A stretch of DNA of 64,000 bases from Felis catus (Eukaryota). Location: positions 125,552,001 to 125,616,000 of the forward strand of contig NC_058368.1 in NCBI RefSeq assembly GCF_018350175.1. Direction: 5' to 3'. Below are positions 48,562-61,681 of the stretch, one piece after another. A program made the translations under genes and the position numbers. The notes beneath the pieces were generated by a model. That model made no database searches. It was not told the DNA's origin and saw nothing but the letters and a program-made list of their open reading frames with translations. Every line of letters begins with the position of its first letter. Positions within the stretch are counted from its first letter, which is position 1.

Positions 48562-50114
48562 TAATGTAATGCATAGATAGCAAAGATCTTTTGTGAGGTC
48601 TGAGATAGCAAGCACATGTAGAAAACTCACCTCCAGCTGGAGTTGTCCAGTAATGGTGTAAATGGCCAGTGAGTATGTCACTACTGGAATTCTTGAGTAG
48701 GCTTGATAACCCTCTTCTGGGGGTTACTGAAGAGAGCTAGCTCCATGCAGCAAGGTGGATTGAGAGATAAGGTGACGTCTGAGTTTCCACCACTTGGAGA
48801 TGCTCTGATTCTGTGATGTTCCAGGAATAGCTCAGGGTGTGGCCCTTGTAACATCCTTGACTGTTACCTGACTCAATTCAGGGTTGTCACAAGACAATGA
48901 CAACTGAGATTTTGATCTGGTTTTTCCTTATAACTTAGAGGGATTAGTTACATCAACTGTACTAAGCTTAAGTTTCCCTCAGTGGATATTACTAGAACAG
49001 GGAAATACAATGGTTTTGGTTTGAAATTACATATTCCAAGGCAGTTCTTTTAATGCTTGTTGAAATAAAGATTTTCAGCCATTCTGCCATGTAGGCTTTG
49101 CCTGAACAGCATTTACCAGAAGTGGGGTTGGAGTAAATACTATGTTTAAGGAACATTAGTGGGCTTTATTGCAATTTCATAATATTAATGAGTTCATTTT
49201 GTGGGTGGCTAGATAGTTTGAGTTTTTCACCGTCTCCAAGTTCCTGGGAAGTTACTCAGCTAACTTATTGGTGGAATAAAGGTGCTTAAGCATTAATCCC
49301 TTAAGTCATTTGTGTGCCTGTGAACAAGAAAATCTTTAGTGACTCACCTTATCCCATTAATTGAGATATTCTGTTAAATGTGAAGAATACATTGAAATCT
49401 TTGCAATGAGACTGGTAGTTGATCTTGAAAGATTATACATATGGTAACACTTACAAAAAAGAAGGAAACATAAAATATACAACAAAAGGCAACAAAAACA
49501 AGCATAAGCAGTGTTCTGAAAATCGTAGAGCCAGAACTTTTTTAGAAGACTAATGTTTTATAGCTAAGCTCAGAACACATTTTCCTTCTGGTTAACTTGG
49601 CACAGAACAGTGCCACTTCCAAGTGTTATTTATTGCATGTTCTCTCAAGATATCACTGTATTAAGCAAGATGAACATATTAAAATTTTATATTAGCTCCA
49701 GTTCCTGTCCTCAAGATACAGTGTTTTCTTACTAGAACAGTATGACTGCCATTGCTGCACTCAGTGTTTGGCAGAGATGAAGAGACCTGTGTTTTCCAGT
49801 GAATTTGCATAATAAAACTCTCATTGAATTATAGTTCAGTGAAGGGGAAAGTACGGACCTAATTTGATTTGACATTTATATACTGAAAGTTTCTGAAAAA
49901 TGTCTCCTCTGTGTTACTAATTCCTATTTCCACACAGAGGTGGTCTGACCTGTTCTAGAGGACAAAGATGGAGTTGAGGCATGCTTTTCCTTTAGTAGAT
50001 TAAAATGAAAGATTTATTTTTTATAAACTTGAACTTAGATGTAAATGTGAGTTGTTCTGCCTGTCCTCTGTTTTGGTTTGAGAGAACTGGTCACTACCAT
50101 TAAAAGTTACCACG

Positions 50115-50262
50115 CATTGAGGAGGGCACTTGCTGGGATGAGCACTGGGTATTGTATGTAAGCGATGAATCACTGGAATCTATCCCCCAAACCAAGAGCA
50201 CACTGTATACACTGTATGTTAGCCAACTTGACAATAAATTATACTAAAAAATTTTGAAAAAA
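50115..50262 (+). mobile_element. Short feline L1 3'UTR fragment
   Basis: gagggcacttgctgggatgagcactggg..gatgaatcactggaatct..ccaagagcacactgtatacactgtatgttagccaacttgacaataaatta followed by an A tract. Confidence 0.85.
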
Positions 50263-51738
50263 ACCTTCAAGGGCATAAGGCAGGAGAAGGGGAAATTACA
50301 TGGCTATCATTGAAAAATACATGGCTTTCATATTTTTGTGGATCTGTCCACAGCCAGGGGTTCTTTCCTGCTCCAGGGGTTCTTAGGGTGTGCAGGCCAG
50401 ATTCTGCAGCTTTCTGAATGCTTAGCCTCAGCCTACACAGAACTTCTCTTCATACATAGTGGCTGGTGTGAGCAAACATCTATCACTGATATGAAGGCAT
50501 ATTCTCACTCCAAGCTCGTCAACATTTGTATGGACAGTAAACCTGGATATATTCCTTAGGTGAAAAAGCCTTTAAATAGATCTCACAATATTTGTGTTTT
50601 TTAATCTTGTGTTTGACCATTTTGTTGTTTTTTCCCGGTGACTAGGAATATTTCAACATGGCTATATTTGTATTTGGTCAGTTTGATTAATTCACCTGAT
50701 TAGTTAGCATCTTTGAACAAGTTATTAAATCCTTTTTCTGTGAAAATTTGGTTTCCTGATGTGAAATCTAAAATAATAAGTGTTGATCTTCTTTACCTTT
50801 GAGATTACTCATAATTGTTGAATATATCTGGAGGTGTGGCAGATTTTGGAGGCCATATTTATAAGATGTTAGGGTTAATAATGTCACATTTTAGGCCCTT
50901 AAAGCCCCTTAAACATGTAAGGCTTCCTTTTCACGTGAATTTTTCTGGATGAATACAATTTATTTTATCCATACTTAACAAAATCTGAAAATATAATTAA
51001 AAATTCTCAAATTTCTCCTTACGCTCCTATTCCAACAAGAAGCTTCTCCCAGAACCTTCCTTTAGAGCACAGATCCTAAAACAAAATGTCTTTTTCTTTT
51101 TTTTTCCAGTTAATGAAGCTAATGGTCAGTACATGTTAGTATTAGTAGTATAGTATTGTAGTATCATGGATATTAGCGCTGTGGGAGACCTGAGATTTCC
51201 CTACCCATTCTCTCAATTTATCATTGAAGAATATAGCATGAAGCAAAAGATTAGACTGACTTCTATCAGATTCCAAGGTCTAGAACTGAACTGGGAGAAT
51301 GACCATAATTAGAGTTGGAAACAGCCTTAAGAGACAAAGTTAAAGGTAAAGCTACATGAATGACTCAGACTGGGAAGGGCTAGTAAGGACACTTAAAATA
51401 GTGCTGTATGCATGAAAAACTGTTCCGGATCTGCAAAGTTTTCAAAAACCATGGCAATGCCAACATTGCATTCAACCTATAGAGTTTGCATTGACTCCTT
51501 CCCCAAGTTTTTGACTCCCTTTCCGTGGTTTGCATCACTCTAGATCAAACCTCGTATTTTAGTCTAGCCTTTTGACATTTATCTGGAAAGGCAAATGGCC
51601 CACAGAGCACCAGGACTGTGTCATGACTGAGGAGTATCCAAAGCCATGCCAAAGTGGGGCCTGTCTGGGAAAGTAAAGAAAGCATGTATGCAAAGTGGGA
51701 GGAGTGAGCTAGGGCATTAACCAGAATGTTTAACTGGA

Positions 51739-51932
51739 GGGGTACCAGGGTGACTCAGTCAGTTAAGCATCTGACCTTGGCTCAGGTCACGATCTCATGG
51801 TTGGTGAGTTTCAGCCCCATGTTGGGCTCTGCACTTACAGCCTGGAGCCTGCTTGGGATTCTCTCTCCCTCTGCCCCTCCCTCATTTGCATTTTTTTCTC
51901 TCTCTCTCAAAAATAAACATTAAAAAAATAAA
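51739..51932 (+). mobile_element. Can-SINE
   Basis: Head ggggtaccagggtgactcagtcagttaagc; ctctcaaaaataaacattaaaaaa tail. Confidence 0.93.
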
Positions 51933-51990
51933 GAAAGGCATAGCTGGAAGGGTGCAGGAAGGAAGAAGCTAGATAAAGAAGGGATGGAAG

Positions 51991-51996
<6 letters not shown>

Positions 51997-52037
<41 letters not shown>
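51997..52037. repeat. (CT)n microsatellite
   Basis: About 20 perfect units. Confidence 0.97.
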
Positions 52038-52042
<5 letters not shown>

Positions 52043-53964
52043 CAGCCTGGTGTCTTTATGCTTTCACTGCTTCCTTGTAGTTTTTGCTCCTTGAAAACAT
52101 CAACTTACGTATGGCATCACTTTGCTGTTCTCTCTGACCCCTCTCTGCCATGTGACATGTCCTGATGCCTCTTTTAGCTCTTCCTTCTATTAACATCTGC
52201 TTCAACCCTGAGCTTCCCAGTGCTGAATTATGAAGAATAGAATTTGGTTTGTTTAGGTCATCTTTTTCTACCAAGGTCAAAGATCTAAGTCAAGCCTTTG
52301 GGTGGATTGTCATATTTGTAAGGATAGAACTCCTGCTCCAACTGGCTCTGGGTCACATGGTACAAGTGTGGTCATTTATGCCATAGGGGCTGGGGAGGCA
52401 TTTTCCTTCAGGAAGGTTGTGTGCGACAGGCCTCATAAATCTAGCAGTGGCTCAGAGGGGTCATCTCAAAGCCATGTAGTTATGAATGGTAGGAGAGACT
52501 CCTGTTTCTACCCTAAAGCTTTTCTTTTCTACCTCGGTGCTCCTGCTGAAATAATGTTGGATAGGTTAAAATTCCTCACTTGATTTTTCCAGGAGACGAA
52601 AAAAAAGCTTGTCCCATATATATAGATTTTTCAGATGTTGCTTAATCTACAAAGTGAAATCTCAGGGCAAAAGAAACTCATATATATTGTGTAGCATGAA
52701 AAATATGCTGAAGGAAAGATTAACTGCTGATTTGGGTCTCCTGCTAAACTTGCTTCCCCACCCCCCCCCCCCCCCCACCTCATACCACAAAGCAATGGAA
52801 TTAGGATTCACAGAGGGAGACTTCAACATGAGGCAGGAGAAGAAGAGGGTGGAAGATGTTCCCTTGACATTCTGGGTCTCTCAGGGGCTTGATGGCAGAA
52901 CCTTGGGTTGCCTTGTTGCCATCTCACAAGTCAATCTGAGGAGCATGATGCTCTGAGAATGGCAAAGATGCTAGAAAAAGGTAACTGAGACTTTTGCAGA
53001 CACACTTTTCTTACAGTCGATAATGCTGCTAGCTGCTGTAAGTTCTGTTGAATGAGAATTGGAAACCTGGCTCATTGTTAAGGATGCCTATGTACATGCG
53101 TGTGTGTGCTGGAGGTCTGGATATTTTGTAGACACTCTGATCATCAGGACTGTGACACAGAACATCTGACAGATTTCTACCAGCCATATGTGAAAAAAGA
53201 GCTTTATTTTTTCATTGTTATACTTGGTATATTCCTCAGGTTTGTGTAAAACAGACATTCTCAGGACAAATAATAATGTTAATAATTGCTGTGATTTATT
53301 GAATGCTGCTCTAAATTATTAAATGCATACTGTGTTCCAGATCTTTGATACTTCCCAGGAAACCAGATGAATTGATATTTTCCACAGTTCGCAAATTAGG
53401 AAGCTGAGGATCAATATGTTCAACAGTGGTTTACCTTGCAGATGCAAAAAGTGAAGAGGGAAGTTAGCATTCAGACTTTCCCACCTATTACATTTCTATA
53501 AGATTTCACTTATTTTACCATTCTGAACCTGAAAATTCTGGTGCCTAAGTTATCATTCTATTGTTAATTCTCTTGTACTTTGAAGGGAACAATTGTAAAA
53601 TAGCCCACCCATAATTATAGACTGAGCTTCTTGTAATCCAAAAGGGATAGAAATAAAAAGAGAGAAGAGAGAGGGGATGTGGGCAAGGAGAGACAGAGGG
53701 CAGGAGGCAAGGAAGGGAGAAAGGACTAACTTTAGACCTCAAAGATTAACTGGTTCACCCTCCCTTTTTTAAAAGTAACTTGGAGATATTTAATATCTCC
53801 CCAGATTACCTGAGGCCAGAAACCCTAGGATTCTGTTTGATCCCAATTCCAGGCTATCACATATGAAAAAAAAATGGCACAAATCCCTTCTTCAGTATCA
53901 CCAGTCGACTGGTGATGACGGAAGTAAGGAGACTAAGTTCTTACTGGAAGATCCTGAACACTCA

Positions 53965-54082
53965 TGGAGAAGGAGGAGGAGGGGGAGTAAGGGGAAGAGA
54001 TGGATAAGGGATAGGAGGGGGAAGGATGAAGAGGAAGGGGAAGAGGAGGAGGAGGAGAAAGGGGGAGGAGGAAAAGGAGGAG
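53965..54082. repeat. GA-rich low-complexity tract
   Basis: ggaggagg/gaagagg purine run; source of the spurious E/G-rich ORF. Confidence 0.85.
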
Positions 54083-54714
54083 CAAATGCTTTGGATGTTT
54101 TCAAAGGAGCAGCTAAGGAGACTTTTCCCAACAGGGCTGTGGAGGGCAAATTGCTCTATCCTGGGATCTGGGCAGGGGAGCAGAAGATAGGGCAGACACG
54201 TTATGGTGTTCATTTGATTCTATTTCAAGAGTAAGATGTTGTAGGAGATTTTGTCTTATCAAACCACAGGGCATCCTTGAGATACTCTCTTTTTCTTTTT
54301 CCAGGTGCTAAATATCTACCATTTCCCCTCTTTAAGATGTATATGAAGGTATCCTCTCAGGGCATTTGTTCAGGCACTAGTTTTCAGGGTTGTTTTTGAC
54401 CTCAAGATGCTTCGGAGACCTTGGCGCTTTCTCAGTAATTGTCTCACACTCCTGCATCCAAAGAAGGGATGCTTGACATTTTTGGGATTTCCGTGATGTG
54501 TGGTTTTTGTTGTTTGTTTTTCCCAACATGGATGATAGCCTTGGCAATGGTTTACATTATGTGTATTTTTGGCATTTGTGACTTGGGTTTATTTACATCT
54601 AGGCATTTGTTCCTCTTTTCCAGGGATGATGCTATGTTTTGAAGGAATTTATAAACACAATATAATTTATTTTACTCTACTCCTTCTTTGTTTGGGGTAT
54701 TGTCAATTTAACAA

Positions 54715-54830
54715 AATAGTGGAAGGAGCATTGGGCTGCAGTCAGAAGACTTGAATCCCGGTCCCAGATCTGCTACTAACTAGCTGTTTGACCCTGAGAA
54801 GTCACTTCACCTGAATTATAGTCTTTGAGA
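54715..54830 (+). mobile_element. MIR
   Basis: agtggaaggagcattgggct..gtcagaagac..tctgctactaactagctgtttgacc..aagtcactt. Confidence 0.8.
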
Positions 54831-55697
54831 AAGGTAGAGTATGTAGATACCTCACTCAATGTCTCTTCCAAGTGCTAAGTTTCTGTGATTCTGTGAATCA
54901 GACCATCAGAGAAGAATACTGTGGTGTTCTTCTGCATGGATTATAAATGGTAGTAAAAGGTTGAAATCTGCCCTAAGAATATTTTTGTAAGATTGTATTT
55001 ATGTTCTTAGGGGTGTCAAGGGAGGGATAGGAAAGAACTTTGGGATAAGCCTCAATTCTTTAGTGCCTGTTCTGGACTATCCACAGTTATTTGTAATAAT
55101 TTCAGTTCAGAGTTCTTGGAAGATTTCTTATGAGTAAGGATATTTGATATAGTGATTATAGATAAGTAGGAAGTTTTTTTTGAGAATGAGTGTGTGGAGA
55201 AGAAGGTAAAAGTGGGGGAGAAAGGGAAAGAGAAAGGAGAGCAGTATTTTATGTAGATTATTTAAGAGAAGGGCATTAGCTGAAAAAGAAAAAGTTAAGT
55301 TTGAGATGGGGGCTTAGATGCTATGTACTGAAAAGTTACTGTACTATGTAGTGTAAGTTTCTATGCTGTGCTGTAAGTTACAGCCATCTGTCATGACAGG
55401 GACTGATAGAATAGAGTGGCTGGATGTGAATGGATGTGTAGGAAGATACAGGCTTACTAATTCAGGCTTACTAATAGATGTGCCAAACTGTATCCAAACT
55501 TTGAACCAGACACTCAGGATAGAAAAGCTTCAGACACCTCTCCAATCTCTGTCTATCATCCCAATCATCTGCTAGTGTATCTAGAACTTTCTCAACTTAC
55601 TTAGTTATGCCTAGGAAGGTATGGTTTCTTCATCAACATCAAGGTAATGGAGAGCCAGCAGGGAGATTGCTCACTTTTCTCCAGAAAAATAGACTTT

Positions 55698-55787
55698 GAA
55701 AGAGGGAGAGAGGGAGAGAGGGAGAGAGGGAGAGAAGGAAAGAGGGAGAGGGAGAGGGAGATAGAGAGAGAGAGAGAGACAGAGGGA
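55698..55787. repeat. (GA)n / (GAGAGG)n purine tract
   Basis: Read directly. Confidence 0.9.
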
Positions 55788-58700
55788 ATTTACAACCTTT
55801 TAAAGAAGAGAAGGGTCTTTTTGTTTCTCAGTTTGTTCCCAAGTAAGCTTGCCGACTAACAGAATCAAGTTAAGGAAACTTAATTAGGTTTTTGAAATTC
55901 AAAGAGAAGACAAGGAATGACAGTTAAGTGTGTCAGATATCATGAGATCTTCAGGCAAACAGTTGTACTTACTGTAAAGGAGAGATGAGCTTTCATTTAG
56001 AAGGAAAGTCAAATTATAAAGATCATTCAGTACAGAAGGCAATTGCATTAAACATTTAACTGATTCACCTGCAGAAAGGTAGGGTGGGTAGAGATTCTCA
56101 GAGCATTTGTTTTTAGTTATCCTCCATTTTCCCTCTGGTCTTTAGCTTTAGGCACAAGGGACACAGTTTTTATAATTTTCCATATTCTACACTAATGCAG
56201 AGCTGGAACATAAATCAACCATTTGGCTATTTTATTGATAGAATTGACTGAACAGATTTGTAAGACATACATTTGTTTAAAATTTAAAAGTAAAGCACAC
56301 TTTTTTATTTAGAAAATAACAATAAACCTCCCAAATTCAATTAAGTGTCACTTGAACATCGTATGTTTACTTAGCAAGAGAAGACAAGAGCTGTAAGGGT
56401 AAGGAGAAAATTGGGTGTTTGAGTGATTTAATTTGGAGGTGATCTTTTTGATACTCTAGGTTGGACGGTAAAATTGTCAGTGTAGTATCTGAGAGAATTC
56501 AAAGTTATAATGATAAAAACGGATTCTTTCAGGCCAGACCCTCTGCCAAGTATGTTATTGACATACGGGCAATCTACATTGTGAGGTGGGACTGATAGGA
56601 AAAGCCTGCTTAAGAAATAGGTTTTGCTTCAAGTCTTGAAGAAACCATAGGGTAGGGCTCTATTGCGGCTTGAGGAGTAGTCTTCTGGATTGGAGGGAAG
56701 GATAAGTCAACACTTGCAGGTGATGAGGAAAAGAATATTAAGTATATGTGTGTGCCCCTAGCAAGGAGGCTGGAGGAAGTAATGGTGAGGTGAGTAACTG
56801 AGATAGGTGACATTTGTCAGGCTAAGTGTTGCCAGTTCAATTTAATTTGGAATAATTTTACAATAAAAAATACCATCTTGTTAATGACAGACCTTTTGCT
56901 TGCCTCCTTCCTTTGCTGCTTACCTGTTCATCATGATGCATATGTGAGCCAGCAGAATGACAAAGCAACAGTTTTGTTTGTGGGTATGTTGATCAAAGGA
57001 GAAAAGACAGGTGACAGCTCTAAAAACTCTTCAGAAACCCATCGTTCGCATTTTGGGCATTCTTACCTTAACCATCAACGTGAAGGCTGCTATTTTCTTC
57101 TTTTCCTTTAAAGCATTGCTTAGCTCTCTGGCATTCTCTGCTCAGTTTGTCACACTTTTCAGTCACATATTTTGTTTTGTTCCATCTTATTTCTAGCATG
57201 CATTAAACACTTTATTCAGAATGTTTCTGTGATTTTTTTCTGGTTGTATCTCTTCTCCTTTCCCGAGCAAAGAGAAAAGAGGAAGGCGAATGACTAAAAG
57301 ACATTTTCAAGAAGAAAGAGGAGAGAGGTTGCTGAAATGGAGAAATAAACGTGTTATATAACTGCTTATTGTGCTGTGAAATAGAAACGTCTTCTTTAGC
57401 AACAGTTGCCCCAGCACTGCCAGAGGACCTGCTTGCAGGGTGGGGGGGGGGGGGGGGGAGGGGAGAAAGAAAGGCTACTTCAGAGAAAACAAACCTCAGT
57501 GCATAATTGGAACATTTGTTCTTTCCAGATTGTTGTGTGAGAATGTGCTGCCAGAAACCATTTTTTTTCCCTTTAAGTGCTTCTTTTGAAACTCCATTCT
57601 GCTTTTTTTTTAATTTCAAGGATGTTTATTATTCATTCATTTCTTCTCATATTTATTTTTGAATTATGAACCCCAATGTCTAGATGACTGAGACCACTGG
57701 GTTTCAGATTACCCAGGTACTATTAGTTTTATAGCCTATTTTGTAGGCTTATTCAGACCACTCCACTGGAATTGAATCTCCAGATCACCTTGGTTTGGTT
57801 CTAAGAAATTCAAGGTGTTTCTCATAGTTTGCCTGCCCCATCTTCCTCCGCAAAAGTTGATCTAGCCTCTTCTGTTCATATTGAGTTACTCATTAGTGAC
57901 CTAGCTCATTGTCTAATGGACATGTGCATTTTTTTTTCTGTTCTAAAAAGGCAAAACACAAAATGTTATGAAGAAGAATTATGATACAATTAAAAAGTGG
58001 AGGAAGGCAATGGATTTTCATCCTGATACTCTCTGAGTCACTTAAAGAATTTTCAACTTGCTTTTAAGTCATTTGTTTCTTTAAACCTGGAGATTTGGTT
58101 TCTGAGTTTGAATTGTCTGCAACACAGTGTATGCTGACTCATAGTCTTGCAATAAAACAATTTAAAAAACTAAAAAAAATATATTGAGGCATCATCTGTG
58201 ACTGTAATATTCTAATCTGCTACAAAATTGCCTTTTAAATAGAAGAGTCATTTTGAATTTATAGGAGCATCAAGTAACATTAAAATGTTAATATTTTAGC
58301 TCTGTGCTCATTTCAACTTATAGACAACATCTCATTTACCAAAAATTATTACTTAGTTATAAAGCTAGGCATATCAAGTTTTAGGACGGAACCAGATTGT
58401 TTGGACAAATTCTGTCTCCTTGAAAATACATGGATACCACAAATAATCATGCAAGTCCTCAGCAATATAATCTGTAGCTACTTAGTAATGACTGGGACTG
58501 GAAATTCAAATAGCAGCATAGACCATAAAAATAGACGTAATGTAGTATTTTCTCTCCAATCAGTTTGATTGAATAATGAATAGATTCAATATCCAGATGG
58601 GATATTACCAACAAAACAGGAAAGTAGTCAGGCTTTAGGGCACAGTAAGACCAAATTTCGGGATGTGAAGCTCACTAGTAGCAGTATAAAAACTTCTAGC

Positions 58701-58917
58701 CAGTGTTTTTCTTGTTGAAATAGAAATTTAGGTGAATATCACTAAAAATAAGATGGAAAAGTAATAAGATGTATGGGTACAAATTCAGATTTGAGAACTT
58801 TCAGACAACTGAATGCAGCATGCACATTCAGCTTTCTAATAGTATTATATATGCTATGATTTATGGTCCCTCCTTCCTGTTTCTCCTACACCTACTGTTG
58901 GTAGTTGAAATATATAT

Positions 58918-58965
58918 AAATGTTTATTTATTTTGAGAGGGAGAGGGAGTACGAGCTGGGGAAGG

Positions 58966-59015
<50 letters not shown>

Positions 59016-59144
59016 TATCCCAAGCAGGGTCCCTTCTGTCAGTGCAGAGCCCAACGCAGGGCCCAATCTCATGAACCATGAGATCATGACCTGAGCTGAA
59101 ATCAAGAGTTGGACTCTTGACCAACTGAGTCACGTAGGCACCCC
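58918..59144 (-). mobile_element. Can-SINE with expanded (GA)n
   Basis: Typical body ending ggcacccc. Confidence 0.93.
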
Positions 59145-59978
59145 TGTTTTTCCCTTTTTGCTTCTGCAGTGGGAGGTGCCTCCCTCCCATCTATCTTGGA
59201 ATTCTCTCCAAATATGAAGATTGCTTAGATTCTGGGAAGCAAAATGCCAAGTGTGTACTTTACAGGAAAGAGAAGGGGAAGTTAAAGATGAAATCAAATG
59301 CAAAGTGATACTTTTAATTCATAGCTTATTTTGGGCACACTTATAGTGCTCAATGTTATTTGTAATATCAAATACTTTGAAGAAAAGGTATAGTTCTGTG
59401 TGTTTGATCAGCAATAAGGTTGTCATTCTGTAGAAGTGCTGCTGATTTTGTTTTGCCATTCCTGGGCAATAGCAATTTTGACTGTAATAGTCATGCAGGG
59501 TCCATACAATCTACCTTCAAATAAAGCAGTACCTGGATAAAATCCTTTAACTCAGGACCCTACAGCATAAAAAGCATTAGTTGAGAATGAGTTAACTGTG
59601 TCTCCTATAAGAATATATAAACAAATGCACACACATGCATATACATGCATATTACTCTAGAGACCTCAGGTATACATGTATACTACAAATTATTCATATT
59701 TTACAGAAGAATCCATGTATAAATCTCTAATTGTTACCAAATTCACCATTTGCTCTTAGCTCAGAGAGTTGTATTTATTCTGGTTTTTACTTTTCTTTTT
59801 CTGGTGAGATTCTACTGCTCTTCTTTGTGAACCCCACACTGTTTATGGCTTTTGTCTTGGGAAGTCACTTTGCTGTTTCAGGGTAGTATTGCTATATCCT
59901 GGAATCTCTGTGCTGCCTTAAAAAGTCTTTCCTCCTAAGCAGTTTTTATTTTCGCTCTGCAAATAGGGGCCATTTTAT

Positions 59979-60199
59979 TTTTTTTTAAATTTCTTTTTAA
60001 CGTTTATTTATTTTTGAGACAGAGAGAGACAGAGCATGAACGGGGGAGGGGCAGAGAGAGAGGGAGACACAGAATCGGAAGCAGGCTCCAGGCTCTGAGC
60101 CATCAGCCCAGAACCCTACGCGGGGCTCGAACTCATGGACCACGAGATCGTGACCTGAGCTGAAGTCGGACGCTTAACCGACTGAGCCACCCAGGTGCC
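59979..60199 (-). mobile_element. Young Can-SINE
   Basis: TSD aataggggc(c/t)attttat at 59962-59978 and 60200-60216. Confidence 0.97.
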
Positions 60200-60715
60200 A
60201 ATAGGGGCTATTTTATACACCTATGATCTCTGTCTGGTGGGGTTCCGTTGTCCAGCCACGCCTCCCTGCGCTCCAATCTTTTACTCTTAAGTCAGCTCTT
60301 TGTGTATAGTGTTCCCTGCAGTCATGGAACAGGTTAAGTTTTGATTTGTTAGAAAGAATCATTCAACTGTGGTCTTATCTAAAAGGAATTTTGTGATTGG
60401 GCAGAAATTAATCCATTGTTGGGCTATACCACTTCCTGAGAGCCACTGTTAGGCATCTCCCTGGGAGCAGGCATTCACAGGAGTAAGCAGTGAGGGTAGA
60501 GGCCATGAAGCACTGAACAGAAGGGGGAGTATACCTGATGGAGACTTCAGAAGGCAAGAAATGGAATAATCTACTTTCTAATTATTTTTTACATGCCTCT
60601 TATTTTTTATGCCCCAAAGTTACTGGAGTAGGGAATACTTGTTTTAGAAATCCTAGGCACTGTGTACAGGCATAGAAATGTCAGTGTTTTAAAAATCCAG
60701 TGACAAAAATAATTT

Positions 60716-60914
60716 CTTTTAAGCTTTATTTATTTTTGAGAGAGAGAGTGCAGGTGGGCAAGGGGCAGAGAGAGGGAGAGAAAGAATCCCAAGCAGGCTC
60801 TGTGCTGTTAGCACAAAGCCCTATGTGGGGCTTGAATTCACGAGCCATGAGATCATGACCTGAGCCAAAATCTAGAGTTGGACCCTTAACCCAATTGAGC
60901 CACTGAGGTGCCCC
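60716..60914 (-). mobile_element. Can-SINE
   Basis: Typical body; aataattt on both flanks. Confidence 0.93.
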
Positions 60915-61337
60915 GATAATAATTTTTTAAATAGCATTAAATGATTGGCCACTTCCAGTGGTAAACCTACTTTTGTCACCTGTTAGTGTGTGGCCTCGGA
61001 TAAGTTACTCCAGTCTTATGAATGTCAGTCCTAGAATGTGCAAAATAAGGAGACTGAAGCACTCTGAAGTGACCTCCTCATATACTATGAGTCTGCAAAT
61101 CCAAAAGTCTCATGGAAAACCCAGAGTGTTTTCCTTACTGTCCCTAAATTGAGCCAGTTACACCTTCAGTGAGAGATAGGACATTTTAAGTTTATTTTGT
61201 TAAATTATCTATTAATCAAATACAACAATAATAGAAGCTTGGCTTTTCCCTTATCAGGGACACCTCTTGTAAAGATAAAGCCTGTAATGTGGAGTAGATG
61301 TTGGAAAACTCTGACCTTTCCTCCAACCACCAATGAA

Positions 61338-61681
61338 CCCTGCTGGTTGTTTTTGTAAATACAATTCAGTTGGAATGCAGGCACACTTGTGTGTTTATGT
61401 GTTGTCTGTGTCTGCTTTTGCACGGCAATGGCAGAGAAATAGGATTGCCAGATAAAATACAGGAAGCCCAGTTAAATTTGAATTTCAGGTAAACAACAAA
61501 TATCCCATTGGGCATACTTAACACTAAAAAATTATTTGTTGCTTATTTGAAGTTCAAACGCAACTAAGTGTTCTATATTTTTATTTGCACAATCTGGCAG
61601 TCCTGGACAGAGACTGTAGGGCCCACAAAACCTGCAATATTTACTACCTGGACTTCTATAGGAGATGTTTGCCAACCACTG
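61338..61681. mobile_element. MER58A-like hAT MITE interrupted by MER53
   Basis: tgtttttgtaaata..ttggaa..tgcttttgcac..atggcagag, then gacagagactgta..gcccacaaaacct..aatatttacta..tttgccaaccactg. Confidence 0.8.
61441..61604. mobile_element. MER53-like MITE
   Basis: TIRs aggattgccaga / tctggcagtcct; ataaaatacagga..cccagttaaatttgaatttcag. Confidence 0.88.

Noticed and set aside
53863..54234. 123-aa acidic/basic ORF
   Set aside because: It arises from a GA-rich low-complexity tract; several frames are open for compositional reasons.
57212..57619. 135-aa minus ORF with poly-Pro
   Set aside because: The poly-Pro comes from the G homopolymer and the K-runs from T tracts; no domain or splice support.
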